Source: Cyanophora paradoxa CCMP329 (lineage: Eukaryota > Plantae > Glaucophyta). From it: a stretch of DNA of 64,000 nucleotides. The position numbers were made by a program, and so were the translations under genes. How positions within the stretch are numbered: position 1 is the stretch's first letter; each line of letters starts with the position of its first letter. The stretch covers positions 62,001-126,000 of the forward strand of contig QPMI01000029.1 in assembly GCA_004431415.1 (NCBI GenBank), in the 5' to 3' direction. Of the stretch, positions 61,601 to 64,000 are shown in pieces. Below the pieces are notes generated by a model. It did not search any database and was not told the origin of the DNA. It was given only the letters and a program-made list of their open reading frames with translations.

Positions 61601-64000
61601 CGCGGCCCGAGAGCCTGAGGCGGAACGGAACGTGTGAGGGGCTCTTAATCTGGCTTCGTTCGATTCTCTTTTTAGAAAAGGCGCACTGAGAAATGTTAGT
61701 GAAGATGGCCTCGTTTTCGACGTTCGACCATGTGAACTCGGGATTCTTGGATTGTCCGGCAGCGCAAAGCAGCTGATTGCGAGCGCGCCGGCAATAAATT
61801 CCAAAGGCGAAGCACATCAAAGGAGCGGCGGCGTGAGCAGATCGACGTTAGGAGAGACGCGCGCGCACCGACACCTCCTGGCCAGGAAGGATGTACATGG
61901 GGTCCTTGGGGCTCGCTTCCGTGAAATTCACGTCGGGCGCGGCGGGATCCGCGATCCTGAGGGTTGCGGTGGTGTGGGACTTTACGGTTTCGACGGCGGC
62001 GCCGTCCTGGAAGCGCTCGCTCGTGACCTCCAGATGGACGTCGTACTCGTCGCCGGGCTTCATGCCTGCCCACAAATTGAACCCATCGCGTGGAGTCAGC
62101 ACACGCTGGAAGCAGCAATAGAAACGTAAAGACGCTGTGCTCGCCCAAATCCGCTGGAGTGAAGGGGAAGGTGGACGACGTGTCGGCCCCCGCCGGGAGC
62201 GTGACCAGCTGACCGGTGAGCTTGTTCCTCACAGTCCACTTGTGTGACTGCTTGCTCGTGAGTCCGGCCGCTGCGGCCGCTGGCCCGCTGTAGCTCGGGT
62301 CCGACGTAGGCGCGGAATCAAGGGTAATGGGGCGGGTAGACGAGGCGGTGCGACCACTGGCGGCAGCGCCGTCGGCGCTTGAGCTCGCCCCCGCAATGCG
62401 CGCGACGAGGGGCTCAGGCTCGACGATAACCTTGACCGAAACGCTGGAGGCGAGCGCGGGACTCTGCGAGTTGTCCGTCTGCGAGAATGTCGGAGGTCTA
62501 AACGCGCGTCTTCGCATTTGAATTATGACGTACGGCAGTGAAGACTGCATCGTAGACGCCGGGGCGGAGCACTCCGGCGGGAATGGCCAGAGTCGGCTTG
62601 GTCACGTCGACGGTGGCAGGCAGGGTGACGCCGGAAATGGTCCATTTCGCGCCCATATCAGCCGAGCGAATCCACTGGTAGTCTCCCGAACCAACAGTCA
62701 CTGCGCGAAGACGACGTGCACTCTCAGGAATCTACACTCGCGAGTTCAGCGAGTATTTCCAAGTGCGGACGGAAAGCCGGGTCGTCGGTCTTGCAAACGG
62801 TGCGCTGCGCGACGGCCTTGACGATCAACTGGCGATCCGGCTTCGAGTAGACAGTCGTGCCCCCATCAACGGAGACTGCGGGGGGCTGCGCATGCAGCGA
62901 TATTAGTTTTGACTGTAGGACACGTAGATACAACCAGCATAGTTAGATGCAGAGCTCAGTTTGAAATCAGACGAGCAGACCCGGCCCGCCGACTTGCGGA
63001 AGACCATGTAGAGGGGCTCGGAGCGGCCGCCCAGAAAGTTCTCCGCGACGACGGAGATGTTGTACAGCGTGTCTGCCAGAGACAATGGGCACGCGCGCAC
63101 GTTAGGGGTTGCGTGGCGATCGCGAAAAGCAAGCTTAAGCAAAATTTAAAGGCGCTCTGGGAATTGTAATCACATTAATTATATATCCAGGTACGCAGGA
63201 AATGACAAGCTAATGAAGCGAGAGCGGACCGACGGCAAGGTTCGCCGGAAGGATGCACTCGGGGCCCGTGATCGCCGTGAGATCCACGCCAGTAAGGGGG
63301 ATCAGGTTGCAGACGGGGCTGGAGGATTCGCAGCCCCATTTGTACTTGACCGGGCGCGGGCCGGCACCGGACACGATGGACGCCCGAAGCACAGTACGCC
63401 GACAGACCGCGGTCTCCGAAGGCCACTGCATCGTGTCCAGTGTCAGCGTCACAACATATGTGCACGCATGTGTGTGCTCAGAAAACGCCCCAGAAGGCAG
63501 CTATTAAAAAGAATTCCTTACGGTTCCTTTGATGACCGGAGTCGGAGGGGACGCAGGGGGCTCGACGAGGTCGGGGCCAGGCGTGGAGACGGTGGGGTCG
63601 AGCTCGTGTTTGATGGGCTCGCGGAAGTTCAGCTGCTCCTTGGGCACGATCGTCGCGTCGCTCGAGGTCTGCGCAGATGGATCCGCGGATCGAAATCGCG
63701 ATCAAGCAAGGAGCGATTGCATATCAAACGTTAACAAATAAAACGCGCACGACAAAGACGAGCTTGTTGGGGGCGGCCCAGAAGGCCGTGGCGCCCGTCC
63801 CCAGCTTCTTCGCGTCTACGTCCGTCAGGTACGTCGACGCCGGTACCCGCTCCGCCGTCCGGACGGTGGGTGCCGTGAACGTGACCGCGATTTCGCGACC
63901 TGCGCATGGAATCAACGGCCAGAAACTAGTATCAAACATGAGGAGAAGCAGTCTGATATCTTCCATTTATATATATATATAGAGTCCTGTTAACTGGAGA
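58665..64000 (-). CDS. REJ/PKD1-like, GAIN-GPS single-pass membrane protein (multi-exon; 5' end beyond window)
   Basis: YNISVVAENFLG, PLVARIAGA...ITLDS, LVVRISDEFGAYA (REJ-like); FFNTTRQAWSS...GTCDHLTAFSIG (GPS, HL|T); TM IAVGVAVGGVAVIAALALGVWCL and a short tail. Confidence 0.75.

Noticed and set aside
51000-64000. Many short overlapping six-frame ORFs in host DNA
   Set aside because: Expected in GC-rich sequence; they are exon fragments or antisense shadows of two spliced genes.
1-64000. tRNA or rRNA genes
   Set aside because: None recognised by eye; tRNAscan-SE or Infernal would be needed to exclude them.

Overview
Eukaryotic DNA from a GC-rich, intron-dense host (probably a protist or alga; species not determinable here). 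It carries a complete 27,850-bp, AT-richer, intron-less endogenous Polinton-like virus (PLV) at 23130-50979. The element has a 6-bp target-site duplication (CTCCCC) and 149-bp terminal inverted repeats whose outer 75 bp fold into a near-perfect hairpin. It encodes a double jelly-roll major capsid protein, two divergent minor capsid proteins, an A32-like packaging ATPase, an rve integrase, and a protein-primed PolB whose proofreading domain looks eroded. It also has a second replicase (TVpol/PolA-like primase fused to an SF3 helicase), a ~2700-aa fibre with five LamG-like modules, a patatin-discoidin fusion and an S-adenosylmethionine decarboxylase. No adenain-type maturation protease is recognisable. 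About 15 frameshifts in viral genes are nearly all repairable by adding one base to a homopolymer, so the provirus may be intact. It sits in a Pro/Thr-linker exon of a large multi-exon host subtilase gene (16965-57762). To the left are a GBP/atlastin-family GTPase gene, a ~5-kb near-identical segmental duplication with truncated subtilase and GBP copies, and a Tc1/mariner-type MITE. To the right is the 3' part of a REJ/GPS single-pass membrane protein gene. Host paralogues differ by many tiny palindrome-forming insertions. All family assignments come from motif recognition by eye, and host exon boundaries are approximate.
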